Below are positions 1-13,340 of a stretch of DNA of 64,000 nt, piece after piece. Under the pieces are notes generated by a model, which had not been told where the DNA came from, did not search any database, and worked only from the letters and a program-made list of their open reading frames with translations. Origin of the DNA: Camelus dromedarius. Its lineage: Eukaryota. A program made the translations under genes and the position numbers. The DNA is taken from the NCBI RefSeq assembly GCF_036321535.1, contig NC_087437.1, forward strand, positions 25,546,001 to 25,610,000. The letters run 5' to 3'. Numbering within the stretch: the first letter of the stretch is position 1; each line of letters opens with the position of its first letter.

Positions 1-2169
1 CTTAGTATTTTCAAAGTATATTTTAGTGAAATAGAAATCTCTTTGCTAAGAAATAGTTGAGAATATTATCCTCACAATAAGATATTTGTCTTATATCAAT
101 ACTAGATTTACATCTTGTAGATGGGTAAGTCATAAAAATGCAGAAAACAGAGAATGGTGGACTGGCTGCAGAAAGATTCAAGAAAAAAATTATAATAATA
201 ACTATTCTAATCTTTTAAGATGTGCCAAAGGGGAGATCCAGGAAATTACCAAGCAGTTAACATCAATACTAGGAAAGAAAAGAACAAATAATAATAGAAT
301 TGATCAGGAAGTACTTAGGCAAGAACAATTTAATGAGCAACTAGCAGCATGAGTTCATGTAGAAAGACCATGGATTACAAACCAAACAGAAAGTGTGAGT
401 ACAGGCAGAGTCAGCCAAAGAAACCTGAATTTGTCATTGTTATTTTTTTATACCAATAGCCATGTGAAAAAGCGCTTTAAATTAAAACAATCCTATAAGG
501 ATAAGTATAAGATTAACATTGGACTTTTGTACTGGAAAAGACGGCACTTAATTCAAGGGGAAAAAAATCTGCTATTTCAGAGGATATCTTCAACCCAGTC
601 ATGCCTCCACCACTGAACTCCAAGTGGTACAGATGAGTGCCGATGGCTTTGCTTCAATATTCATACTTCATCTCCCCTTGCCAAAAAAATTGCTCAAGTC
701 TTGCTAATAAGTGGCTTTCAAGCCAGCCAAATCTGGACTACTCAGTGAATGCCTCTTCCAGCACGAAAACTAGTGTAGATGAAATCCTGACAAGAAGACA
801 GCTGTTAGCAATCCAGGGGCTGCAGGTGAGTGCATCAAGTTTTACTTTTTTAGGTATAATTTGCTTATGTGTAAGGAATTATTTGGACTGCAGGGTCAAG
901 TTGAAGATTCGAAATGGGCTAGAAGCAGCTTCATTGATTAGGAGTTGTCTCTAACCAAGGCAGCTCAGATCAGCTATAAACATCTCCCCTCTGTCATAGA
1001 CACGCCTTTCACCGATTAGGGAGGAGCCTTCTGCTTGGACCAGGAATCATGCAGCTCAGTGAGCAGGGCGGGAGTGTGCCCTGAGCCAGTAGGGGTGTTC
1101 ACAAAGTGGCAGGATGCCAGACAGGCATCAGGCAAAGTGGACAGCCTGTTATCATGACCTCTGTAGTTAGTAAAGGACTGCCAGCATGATTGTATGAATA
1201 AACTATTTGATAGTAAAGAAGGGACCACTTACCAAAATTGAACCAAAATAAGAAATATGGTGGAAAATATTTGGGTTGTATTCTGAAGACAATGGAAATT
1301 TAAATAAAATTGGGACAGCCTAATCTCCTTATCTTTCCTCAGCCAGTTAAATTTAAACACAATTTTACAAATACCACCCATTTTTCTAGAATTTTTAATA
1401 TGAAAATCTGTTGAGTTCTTTACATCAGTCAAAATATATCCTCTCTGCATTCTAAATATCTACCTTGTTCTTCTCAGATATTTCATTTCTCAGTACCTTC
1501 ATTTTTCAGCATTCATTATATAAAATCTCCTTCTCTTAAAGTTAAATGTTTAGGAAATTGATGCATTTCTTATGTATGTCAGTTCCTCTGTACAGAGCAT
1601 GATCTATTTTTTGAATGTTTATTAACAATGATGTTCACAGAGTTAAACCACTCACATATCACAACTTTCTAGTTGGGAATTATATTTGCGTAATAAATAA
1701 AATGTTTCATTCTTTCTTATTATCTATCAACATTTTTACTGATGAATATAGTGACGTTTCCTTTTTTAGAAAGTGAAATTAATTCTATAGAATTAAATTG
1801 ATCCATCTTCATTTATATCTGACTTCATCTCTAAAGTTAAGAATGGCTTTATTTCTATTACTTTTCTCCTCTTTCCTCTTAAGTATTTAAATAATTTTTA
1901 AATATTTAACTCATAGTTAAAATATAACTTGAATAATATATTTTACTCCCTGAGAGTCTTCCAAGCCTCCATAAGTTTTATCACATTCACCAGCTTATTG
2001 GATATCTTTATTCTCTGGTGAGTTACAGAACCTTGTAAATATTTATTCTAAATCTTTATAAATGGGGTGAAAGATATCAAGAAGTTTATCTCTTTTTAAA
2101 GCATCAAAAAGCCACTATGCCCTTGACCAGTATAGAAAACTGCCAGTTACCCACTAAAAATGACTGCCA

Positions 2170-2390
2170 ATTATTAAACACTTTGCTATGTACCAGGCAC
2201 AGTATCTGAAGCTTTTATATATACTCTTTCCCTTAATCTTGACAAAAGCTTAGGGAATATTAGTACTCCATATATTTAAAAAAAAACCCATATCAGAGGG
2301 TAAACTTGTATAAGTGTATCAGGCTAACAAGCAGCAAAGCTGGGCTTCAGCTTAGGTGTTGGGTGTTTAAACTATATATTAATCAGTTGA
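2170..2390 (-). mobile_element. MIR SINE remnant
   Basis: tattaaacactttgctatgtaccaggcac...aaagctgggcttcag resembles the reverse complement of MIR. Confidence 0.55.
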
Positions 2391-2774
2391 TTCAGCCCAA
2401 TAATAATGATGATGCCTTCAGTTTCTTGGAAACTTGTCCTTCTCATCTGCTTGTGTCTGATGACATAACATCCCTAGGAGTAAACTCCACCCTTTTGAGA
2501 AGTTTCACCCAAAACAGCTGACTCTCTAAGAAACATCCAGTCCTCAAAACTATGATCATTTCTAAAACCAAGTTGAAATGTAGTACGGCTACATTGACTA
2601 CGGCTGATGATTTAAAGCACTAAATAGGTTTAAAAATATAAAACTCTTCTGATTCTTAAACGATAATCACAGGAGCATTTCCTAATATCACTCACGATCT
2701 CCAGAATTTTGTTTTTCCCTACTTTTTGCTTTTCTACAAGAGGTCCTGTGATAAATGATTCCAAATACCTGTGA

Positions 2775-3980
2775 TACGAGGAGGCAAGTTAGAGTCCTCC
2801 AACATTTGTTCTTTCTCAGGATTGTTTTGGCTATTCTGGGTCCCTTGCACTTCCCTATGAATTTTAGGATCACCTTCTTAATTTCTTCAAAGATAGCTTG
2901 TTGGGATTTTGTTATGGATTGTGTTTACTCTGTATATTATTTGGAGATTATTGTTATTTTAACAATATTGTCTTCCATGAACATGGAATGTCATTCTATT
3001 ACTTAGGTCTAATTAAATTTCTTTCAACAATGTTTTCTGTTTTCAGGGTACAAGCTTTGCATCTTTTTGTTAAATTTATTCCTAATTATTTCAATTTCTT
3101 TGATCTATGATAAATGCAGTTTTTTCTTAATTTCATTTTTGGATTTCTCACCGCTGGTGTGTAGAAATACAGCTGATTTTGAATCCTGATCTTGTATCCT
3201 GAAATCTTTCTGATCTTGTTTATTAGCTCTAGTAGCTTTTTAATTGATTCCTTAGGATTTCCTAAATCCAAGATCATGTCATCTGCACATACAAATAGTT
3301 TCACTTCCTTTCTAATCTGGACGCCTTTCATTTCTTTTTCTCGTTCCATTGCCCTAGCTAGAACTTCTAGTACAATGTTCGATAGATGTGCGGAAAGCCA
3401 ACAACTTTGTCTGCTTCCTGATCCTTAGATGCAAAAATACTGTCTTTCAACAGTAAGTTATGACATGAGTTTTTCATAGACTTCACAGTTTGAAGAAGTT
3501 TCTTTCCATTCCTGGTTTATTGAGTGATTTTTATCATGAAAAGTTGTTTTTCACTTTGTCAAATGTTCTTCTGATTTATTAAGATGATCCTGTGATTTTT
3601 GTCCTTCAGTCTGTTGATGCGGTATATTCCATTAACTGATGTTTCAGTAAACTAATCTTGCATTCCTGGGATAAATCTCACTTGGTCATGGTGTTTAATC
3701 CTTTTAGTACCTTACTGGATTCGATTCACTAACATTTTATTGAGGATTTTTATCTACATTCATAAGGGAGATTTGCAGTTTTCCTTTCTCCTGATGTCTC
3801 AACTGGTTTTGGTATCAGGGTAATACTGGCCTCAGAGCATGAGTTGGGAAGTGATACTTCCTCTTTTGGTTTGGTTTTTGTTTTTTGGGGTTTTGTTGTT
3901 GTTGTTGTTGTTGTTATTGTTGTTGTTGTTTTTTGATGAGTTTATAAAGAACTTACACTAATTCTTCCTTAAACATTTGG
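2775..3980 (-). mobile_element. LINE-1 ORF2 (reverse transcriptase region) fragment, antisense, just upstream of the promoter
   Basis: Minus-strand translations [37 protein letters not shown] (L1 RT FADD region) and ILKFIGKCKGPRIAKTILRK. Frame-disrupted. Confidence 0.92.
3890..3932. repeat. (GTT)n microsatellite
   Basis: ttgttgttgttg... run within the L1 fragment. Confidence 0.9.
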
Positions 3981-4359
3981 TCACATTTTGCTTTTTAACT
4001 TTATCTATTTTCGTATTTTTAAAAACGCAACTCCAGTAGCATGTCCAACAGGAGGAAATCAATGTCCACCCTTTCACTCTGTAACAACCCTGAAATTAAT
4101 CTATGGGATGGAGCTGTGATCCACAACGGTATTTTCAGTTTGAGTTACTCCCAGGGAAGAAAAGTTCCCTAATTCGTCCTTAAAAGTTTTCCAAGTTGGA
4201 CAAAAAAAAAAAAAAGAGAGAGAAAATCTGTCTAGGTGTGAATGGCTGCTCCTGCATCCCCAGCCCTGCTCCGTTTCTCCACTCCCTCCCTTGATGCCGG
4301 GTTCAGGGGCCAGGTGCGTGTAGATCTAATAAATGACACTGGGATGACAGTGGCATCAT

Positions 4360-4520
4360 CCCACTTCCGCCAGCATCTGGAGAGGAAAGGGGGTTGGGCC
4401 AAGAGGGTCTCCCGGGCGGGGCAGAGGAGGAGGGAGTGCTAAACAGCCTCGCCCCTGGAACCCATGAAGCAGCAACGCCCCTCACTATAAATTTGAAGCT
4501 GCCTCATAGAGGATGATTCC
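4360..4520 (+). promoter_or_regulatory. AGTR1: AGTR1 core promoter: ETS-like site, GC box, purine box and TATA box
   Basis: ACTTCCG 4363-4369, GGGCGGGG 4414-4421, GGAGGAGGGAG 4426-4436 and TATAAA 4486-4491, directly upstream of CpG-rich exon 1. Confidence 0.85.
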
Positions 4521-4737
4521 TGCGCCTGTCAGCCAAGCGCCCCAGGCAGTGGGCGACAGAGCGTCTGGGCGGACGCTCGACTAGCAGTTCCGCGGCCGGG
4601 AGGCGGCGATCCATGGGGAGGAGCCCGAGCGGACCCCGGGAGTGAGGGCGCACAGCCGGAACGCGGAGGCGGCGCGCCCACGCCCCGAACCAGCGCCGCC
4701 AGCTCTGTCCGCCGTGGGCGCAGCATCCTGGGTGCGG
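4516..4737 (+). other. AGTR1: AGTR1 exon 1 (non-coding 5'UTR); TSS approximate
   Basis: GC/CpG-rich segment starting ~25 nt after TATAAA (4486-4491) and ending at the donor CGG|GTGAGT (GT at 4738). Resembles human AGTR1 exon 1 as recalled. Confidence 0.85.
4613..4645 (+). other. uORF in exon 1, 10 aa (MGRSPSGPRE*)
   Basis: ATG GGG AGG AGC CCG AGC GGA CCC CGG GAG TGA, read directly. Context tccATGg. Confidence 0.7.
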
Positions 4738-6851
4738 GTGAGTTGGCGCGGACTGGCCGTCAGGCTCGGGGTTTGGGGACAGGGGTGGTCACTTTCAGGC
4801 CAAAGTGTCAACTGGGGGTGCTGTGCCGGGAGGATCCCGGGAACGAAGGCGCGAGAGAGTTATTTCCAGTCGGCGCCCACCCCGACCCGAAGCTGACCGC
4901 CCTTACCCAAATCTGATGAAGGGCATCTGTGTTGGGAAGAAACGATTTGAGTTTGTTTGCTGCCTGCTCCCGAAATTTCATTCCGATTTAACCAAATTCT
5001 ATCGAGCTCAAGCAAGAAATCTGTAGAAATGGTATGCAACCAAGTAAACTTTCTTCCCGAGGCTTCTAGTTAACTCTTGTCTTTTAACCGTAACCTGAGT
5101 GTACGACTCCGCAGGGCGTCCATTTAAAAGCTGTGCAACTTCTAAAGTGAAGTTAAGAGTGTCCCCACACTGTTTCCCTGGCCATGCACCAGCACGGCTC
5201 ACCTCCCCCACACCCCTCCCTGCAAACCATATCTGTGGGTTCTCCGACGCCGCCCCCACGTAGGGCAAAGTCTCCAACTAGGTAAAGTGCTCTTTGACTC
5301 ATCTAAATGGGGAAGGGAAAAACCTGGGCTTCTCCACACCCCAATCCCCACAACCCTGTCCAGCGCACTTTTGTAAATGAGAGATTTTAGGAGCTCTTTT
5401 GCTTCCAACAGAGCCTGTTGCTGGCCCCTTCCCTTCATCCACTCCTCTACCTAGCACCCCATTCTCCAAGTCTCTTAAAGTCCGGCCAAGTATCTCCACA
5501 GTGCCAGATGCTACGTCTCCAGAAGGCCTCAGCAAGTCTTTCCCAAAGCATCTCCTGCCCTGTCTTCGGGCAGCCTTCAGAGACTTGGCTAATGAAGCCA
5601 CCTAGGGCCTCTTTACCTAATCTTTGCTGATGGCCTCATTAAGAATCAAACACTCAGGAGTGGCCCTCTGGAGCCCTCTCTTCCTGGTCAAAGTTTGGGT
5701 GCTCACTTTCCCCTGGGATCACATTTGGAACTTGGCTACATTTACTTCTAGTGTCATTCCAAGAAGAGAATGTAACAGTGAGGGAGGCAGGAAATCTGGC
5801 ACCCTGCTGCTCTGTTCTATAACTTTTTTTTAGCAATTTACATCTCCTAAAGGTGCCTCATCCCCAACGTGATTCTCTTGGTAGCTGCCACCGAAGGATC
5901 CTGGGTCCTCAGATGTATTCCCTTTAGCATAAGCTATAATGCCTTTATAAGTCTTCTCTAAAACAGAAACTGCCGGTTTTCCTTGTACCCTGCAGTGTTT
6001 CCCTAGCTCTAAAGGCCCCATGTGGATAATCTCTCCTCAGGCTGTGGTGGATTCCACAACCCTTCTGGAAGATAGTGCAGGGGCAGGGAAGCACAGGGCA
6101 CTGGGAATGGAGACTCTTACTTATCTGGCCATGTGCTGTTAGAGTTATTTCACAACTCTGAACCTCAAGTCCCTGCCTGTAAGTTTCCCTCCAATGACAG
6201 AATTCCTTGATTCCTTTTGTTGCCTAGTTATTGCTTAAAAAATAAAAGTTTAAAATAACTACCCTGTTAGCCCATGTCTGTGGCCCTCAAAACTGTCTAA
6301 ATAGCTCTCCCGGTAAATTTTCTGCCCTGGAAAATCATTAGGTCCAAGTGTCCCTCCGCAAATCACAACTGGCTCTTCCTACAACCTGGTTTAAGGCTCA
6401 GGGAGTGGCCCCAGTTGCAAGGTCTCACCATTTGCTGAAGTTTCATGATTTTTAGTGTCAAGTCTGTTATCTACTCTGTTTCCTCCTTTTTATTTCCTGA
6501 CTTTGTTGTTCTTTGTGCCCATCATGAGGCCTTTATTTCTAGCTCAGTTCTTCTTCAACCTTAAACTGAATCAGCTCAGAAGAAAACTGGTTTTCTTCCA
6601 AGGATGCCAAAGGAAGGGAAAGTTTATCTTCCTTGAGATTTATAAAGGGTCCTTCAGCCACTGTTGCTTCAGCAATGCTCTGCATCCCAAGAGCTCCGAG
6701 CTTAAATCTTTCCCCTCTCTCTCTCTTACTCTGCTCCAGTGTTCAAACTGTGATTTTGTGGATTGTTCATGTTTCTTACTTTTTTTGTCTTTTCCTTTTC
6801 CCAGTTTGGGTCAGAGTTGTGTGTGTATGAGTGTACATAATTTGGGGGTTT

Positions 6852-6853
<2 letters not shown>

Positions 6854-6892
<39 letters not shown>
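6854..6892. repeat. (GCT)13, i.e. a CTG/CAG trinucleotide repeat, in intron 1
   Basis: 13 uninterrupted GCT units. Confidence 0.97.
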
Positions 6893-6893
<1 letters not shown>

Positions 6894-9524
6894 ATTACTG
6901 TTTTTGTTGTTACTATGACTAGTTGTTTGCCCTACACTAGAAAACAATGAAAGAAAATTCAATCTGTTGCTTATCTAAAGCCCAGGTGAAATACTTCGGT
7001 GAGAAGGAGTTAAGATGCATGATGCGTGTCTCCTGTAGTTTTATCTGTGCTGTCACACAGTCCTTTACAAGCAGATGACAGTTGCTGTGTTTTGCTTTCA
7101 AATTTGTTACAGGGACCAAGATCAAGTCCCATCACATTTAGAGATTTTGGCTGCCAGACGCAGGCACCTGGTCTTTAGCTCCAAGCTCGCTAGTTTCCCT
7201 AGTCCTTTTCCTGCTCAGTCATGAATGGGCAAAGCCAGAGAGCCTCCCAAATAAGAATTTTATTTAGAAGTTTGAAGTAAATCCAAGTGTTGTGAAAATT
7301 AAAAAGCTGTCTTGAAGACACACTGTAGCAATAAACAAATATACAGCCAGAGCAACAAAATATGACAAAACAGACAAGTCTGGGTTATAAACACTTCTCC
7401 CATGTTACCTAGCAAATTGGAAAAATCAGCTTTTAACCTATCACCATTGGAAAGTACTATTATTTTTCTTCAAAATGGTTATAAAATTTCTCTTTCAAAA
7501 TTGCCTAAATCATTGGATTACATGGTTTGTGTTTCTTTTCACATAGGTGCTTATTAAAACAGTATATTAAAGCTCCCATAAGCAAAAGTAAATTCTGTTC
7601 CATTTCCAGCCTAAATTTAGCTATCACTTTACATTTTCTGTTTCATTCACATAACAGAGATTTTATTTACTAAAAATCAACTTTTCAATGGCTTATTATA
7701 TAAAGCCATCTTAAATCAGGGAGTATCTATGGGGATTTAAGGTAAGATTCAACTGATTTGGCAAATGACTACCATTATCCTATTAAAGCTCTAAAATACA
7801 CCTAAAACAAATCACAGCAAAAAAATAAAATAAAATAAAGAGCTATAAATTTGCCAAATGCTATGTTAGTTGATGGTTACTTTAATGACAAATTTGACAA
7901 TTAGAAAAAAGTGTATACTTAGAACAATCATAAAAATGACAAGTGAATCCTGCTATTAGCTGTGGTTGTATTAACATTAAAAGTTTTTCTAATTTTGATT
8001 CTTTCTCTTCATAGCAGATGATCACAGGGGAAAAACTTCCCTTTAATATGAAAACCAAAAGTTCTTCAAACTGTTTTACTAATAAAGAATTCACTATATA
8101 TTGTAAATGCTGTATGGCTGCTTTATATTACGTTATTTTTATAGCTTAGTTTAGAAGAGTTTGTTTTTATTTATTTGGCTCCTAAACAGATGTATCATCT
8201 AAATGTCTTAAGTAAAAATAAATGTCTAGACTCTGCCAGTTACTGTTTGATTTTCCTTCCTATAACTAGGAATATTTTAAATTGTCTGGCTGATCTCACA
8301 TTCAATTACTTTTCCAACACAAAAAATGGAAAATGAGTAAGAAATTGATATGCTTCATTTTTTTCAGAATCCCATTGTGCCTTCATATTCCAAGTCCCAA
8401 TTCTAGACGTCCTTAAAATTTTAAATCACAGAATTAATAATCATTCATTGGGTCAGCTTTTGTGTGATTTCTTATTCATTTTATACACATATAAGCTGCT
8501 TTGTTCTTCATCAAATAATGTTAAAATCTTATTTAGATAAGTGAATTAAAGTACATTGACTAGTTAACTTCACAGTAAGAATACTGGAAAATACTCATTC
8601 AGTTGTGTACTTTTAAAGAGAGTTTATGATTGCTAATTTGCTCTCTAAGTTTTCTTTAGCTATTTTCCATTTTATATTAATCAAAGCTCCTCTTATCTAC
8701 CTTGGAAAATGAAGGGTTATATCTATGAAATACATCAACAATAGCAGAAGATATTTACAGAGAAAATATAATGGATCGGAGTGATATCAGGCCCTGAGGA
8801 CATACCAAAGTATAAAAATGGTCTTTGCCCTAGAGAGGTGTTGGTCAAGCTAAGTACATATTTAGACACGGGTCTCTTTAATCATCTCAATGCCACTGGG
8901 CTGCGCAGCCATTTAAAAACAACCCTCCTACCTTTCAGACCAAGGGGAAATGTTGAATGGGGTTACACTGATTCTGGCCACTTCCATAATAACCACCACA
9001 ATCTTCCCCTCCCCATGGCGTTGTAACTCCTTTGATAGTATGCACTACATCCAATTCCATCCTTGTATTCTATTACTAAATGCTCTACAAGTCCCTTTTT
9101 GCCTGTTTGTTTTTGGTTAAAGCTATGGAAAATATTAAATACATTTTCAGATGCTTATATTGTACAAGAGAAATGTTAGAGCGAAACCATTTCCTATTAC
9201 ACACAATAAAATGACTTAAAATCGATACTTTAGTCTTACTTAATGGGGAACTAAGTATTAATACCATTTTTTAGTCTAAAGCTGTAATGGCAAGGGGAAG
9301 GTAAGAAAAAGAGAAATGAAAAAGAATAAAAGGTTGAAATACCAAATCAGTGGTTCTTCAGGCTTTAGGAAGCAGGTAAGGCAAGCGTATGACAATCACC
9401 TGGGGAGCAGTTTTAAATCTGTACATATTGTCGGCATCTTCCTTTTCCCTCCTTTCCCCCTTTCCGCCTATTGAGAATGTCCATATCTATTACAAATTAG
9501 AAACAACCATCCACAATTACTTCG

Positions 9525-9675
9525 GGTGTCAAGGCCCACAGACCAGCATCATGGGCATCACCTGGGAGCTTATCAGAATCACAGAACCTTTGACCCTACC
9601 CAAGCCATTGAATTAGAATCTGCATTTTAACCAGATCCCCATGTGACTCAAATGCACACTAAAGCTAGAGACGCA
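9525..9675. mobile_element. MER5A-like hAT-Charlie DNA transposon remnant
   Basis: gcatcacctgggagcttatcagaat...agaatctgcattttaaccagatcccc. Confidence 0.75.
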
Positions 9676-9761
9676 TGAGTGAACAGTACCTCTGTCTTGT
9701 TCAGAATGATTCCCTAGAGGTTATTTTCTTGGCTTTTTAATAAACTAACATTTTTAATAAA

Positions 9762-9990
9762 GCTAACATTTATTGAGCACATACAATATGCCAAACAATG
9801 TTCAGCCTTTAAATACTGTGTTTTATTTAATCCTCACAACATCTCTATGTAATGGCCACTGCTTTACCCCCATGTTATAGACCAGGATACTGAGTAATAA
9901 CAAGATAAGTAGCTTATCAAAATGTGGTAACTGGTAGAATCAAGATTTAAACACAAATTTCTGATTCCTGTGCTCTGAGCTGCCACCCAC
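9762..9990 (-). mobile_element. MIR SINE
   Basis: gctaacatttattgagcac...tttaatcctcacaac. Confidence 0.75.
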
Positions 9991-11587
9991 ACTGTCTGTT
10001 CCACACCAGGCTGCCTGCTTTTGAAGGCCAATTATTTGAGAATTTATTTAAAGTTACAATTGGAAATCAAGTTCTACTTCCCTCATAGAAAAAACAAGAT
10101 CTATTCCATTTTGGTTATGATGTTTGCCTGTCATCTTACCTTTAACTGCAATAATGAAGAACTCTAGAAATTCCTTCTTTAACTGGGAAATAAATACAGG
10201 AACTAAGAAAGCCCATGATTTAAACCTTAAGATTTGATATCTCTGTTTTTCCCATCATTATTTGAAATTTATTTTTTTTAACCTTTTAGTGTTCTGATGA
10301 ACTTTTTTTTTTTAAAAAACTTCTGTCTTGAATTGAACAAGCCATTTCCTACATACATAAACTGTTCTGCATTCCAACTCAAATTACGTATCACTGTTTC
10401 CGCTTTTGATATAAACACTTTTTATCTATAAGCATGGTTTACAAAACTTTAGTTGAATAGGGTTACTAACCAGTCAGTCTGCAAGCAAGGGTGATTTATT
10501 TTAAGCCAGTGACTCCCCAAATGATTCAGTCTCTGAAAGATTTCTCCCAGTGTATACAGATTCTCTGAGAGCTGTCAGGAGGATCTGGTCAAATGTCTGT
10601 TGTTTTGACAGGGGTTCACTGATGTTGGTCAAAAGACTGAGGTGAGTCTAGGTTCCTTCTGATCATGTTTGAGAGGAGAGGTGTGTCAACGGTACTGAGC
10701 AGCCACGATTTTTTCCATGATAAAAGGACATCCTTGGGAGACAGAAATTCACCAACTGCTTAGATCTAGAACTTTCGGCAGCACTAATAGTACACTGTCT
10801 AACTTGTAAGTCATGGCTTAGGGCAAAAATCAACCCAGAGATGCCATAAAGCCAAGTAGTGAGAGCTTAGAGGGAAATTCGTGCCCAGGAGACATCCTGC
10901 ATATAGCAGACAGAATATCCCAGTGCTAATAAATGATAAAGTACCGATGATCCTCTTAGGATTCTTTACAGTCCTGATGGTCTTACTAAACCTAAATATT
11001 TGTGACTGTGGCTGAATTTAATCTGTATCAGGTTTTTTCCTAAATAAATTTTAAAAAAATCTCACAGCATTTCTTCTAGTAAACTTCATACATTTACAAT
11101 TTTATCTTACGTATTCTTTTCTTCACTTTTTGATCCAAACTTTTCTTGCTATACAATTCAAATGCATCTTACATGCTTCTAAATCTACATGGTGTGTCCC
11201 TAGAACAGGAATGTTCCACTGACCCAGCTTTAATAATCTAATTCTCTTTCCATTCAAATGATGTCACTTCACATAAAACACACTGTATCATGATGTCTTC
11301 CAGCACTTGACCTTCACACAGTTAATTGCTGCCACTTTATCAGGAATGGAAAAGAATCTGATGTGATTCCTACGTAATGATTTCCTGAATGTATTCTAGC
11401 ATTTGATAGAATGGATTTCTGAGAGAAATACAAATCTATTCTTTTAAATTCCCACTAGGTTAAGCAGTATGAGAGAATATTATATGGTCATCATATATTT
11501 ATATGTAGATTTTAAAATATTTAATGACAAGGAAAGGTAATCATAAGTAAATATAAAGATGTATAAAACATAAATCAGGTGTGAGCC

Positions 11588-11617
11588 TGTGTGTGCGTGT
11601 GTGCGTGCGTGTGTGCA

Positions 11618-11662
<45 letters not shown>
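11588..11662. repeat. (TG)n microsatellite with TGCG variants
   Basis: Alternating purine-pyrimidine run, read directly. Confidence 0.95.
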
Positions 11663-11664
<2 letters not shown>

Positions 11665-12354
11665 CAGATTCTTGTCAAGGTTCCATTAAGGTCTTACTTG
11701 GGTCATTGATATTCTAACAAAAAAAGTTGTATTAGCACTGATTTGTGAGTAAAATCACTGATATTTTTTTAAATGCCTGTATATTTGTGGAACAAATAAG
11801 GAACACTAGGAAAAATATGTAACAAATCTTAAAAGCTTTTGAGGATTATTAAGATCAAGGTTAAGATCAAAGGTGACTTTTTCCTTACCCCCATCATTTT
11901 TTCTTTTGCATGTGCTTTCAAATTTTCCTATAATGAACCTCTACTGTATTTCATACTTTGTTTGTCTTGGAATTTATTTTACTTTCCTTCTAACTCACTC
12001 TAGATTTCAGATCTTAGAAAACCACTATTAACCCTCTAGAGAATGATATTGGTAAATCTGACCCTGTCTCTATTTTTTTCCCCAATGTATAGTAGAGTCC
12101 ACAGATTTTACACCATAGTGGTATTTTATAGGAAAAAATCATCTAATGGGAATTTTTTTGCTATAACAAAAAAAAAAAAAAAAAACAAGAAATAGGGATA
12201 AAAATAGGTCCTTCTAATGTCAAAATTCTCCCATATCACTATGTGATAGTGAAGTTGGTATACACTGTTGTTAAAAAAAAAAAAAAAGTAACCTATACGC
12301 AGTCTTCTTGAGTAAGTCTTTAACTTAAAAAAAAAAAAAATTCTTACTTAAAAA

Positions 12355-13340
12355 AATCTCCAAATCCATAATGAAAAATATTGATGAATTTGGCTACATA
12401 AAAAAATTTAAATGGCTGTATTGTAAAAAGCACCATAAAGTCAAAAGATAAACAGGAACTTGGGAAAGCTATTTGCCACACATCACATGTAAAATGCCAA
12501 TTTCTTTAATATAATACAAGCTCTTTAAAATGAGAAACAGTGAACAACCCAATGGAAAATTGAGCAAAGGTCATGACTGGGCAAACTAATAGAAAAATAA
12601 CTACAAAAAATGAGAAAACAAAAAGAAGCTCAACATCATTCATAACTAAAGAAATGCAAATCAAAACAAAAATGTACTTTTCACTTATCAGACTTAGGAA
12701 AAATTTAAGGTTTGCTACAAGCCAGATTTTTGGTATTATAAATTCATGTAACCTTTATAGAGGACAGTTTGTACATATCTTTCAAAAACTTAGAATGTAT
12801 AAACAATTTGCATCAACAATTATGTTTGGAACTTTTTCTACTGATATAATCATGTAAGTACAAAATATGATCATTGAGGCTTTTTTTAAGCATCCAAAAT
12901 GGGAAACTGAAAAAAAAAAAAAAAGCCCTGGGGCTGGTTAAATATCATATTTTAGTGCAATGAATGGGCTACCAAATAGCTATCAAAACGAAAGAGATAG
13001 GTTTATGTATTGTGACGCAGAAAGTTCTGCTAGCCATATTATCAAGTTAAAAAACACACAGACTATATGGTGTACAAAATTTTAAAACATGGATATACAC
13101 CTTTATATGCATGTGTATACATTTTTTAAAGTCCTAGAAAGGTACATAGCAAACTATTAGTAATAAGTATCTCTGAGAAGTGGATCAGGAGAGGCAATTA
13201 GTGAGGGTTAAAAGATGTGTACTATTTTTTTCCTGGGTCTTTTATTTTTATTTTTTTTCAGGAGGTACTTTTATTTTATACTTTTCTTTAATGACATTTA
13301 TACCACATGCATGTATTACTTCTATGAAAAATTAAAACAT
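12355..13340 (+). mobile_element. Old LINE-1 (L1M-type) 3' end remnant
   Basis: aacaacccaatggaaaattgagcaaagg...gctcaacatcattcataactaaagaaatgcaaatcaaaac matches the L1 ORF2 C-terminus pattern, followed by an L1 3'UTR-like tail. Confidence 0.75.

Larger units (their letters stand above)
4400..5270. promoter_or_regulatory. CpG island over the promoter, exon 1 and start of intron 1
   Basis: High GC and dense CpG (especially 4520-4900) against an AT-rich, CpG-depleted background. Confidence 0.85.

Noticed and set aside
3086..3349. Reverse-transcriptase-like ORF
   Set aside because: A decayed L1 ORF2 fragment with frameshifts and stops, not an active or domesticated RT.
6455..6962. Poly-Ala ORF (+) and poly-Gln ORF (-)
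   Set aside because: Both come from the (GCT)13 repeat. There are no supporting exon signals or protein homology.
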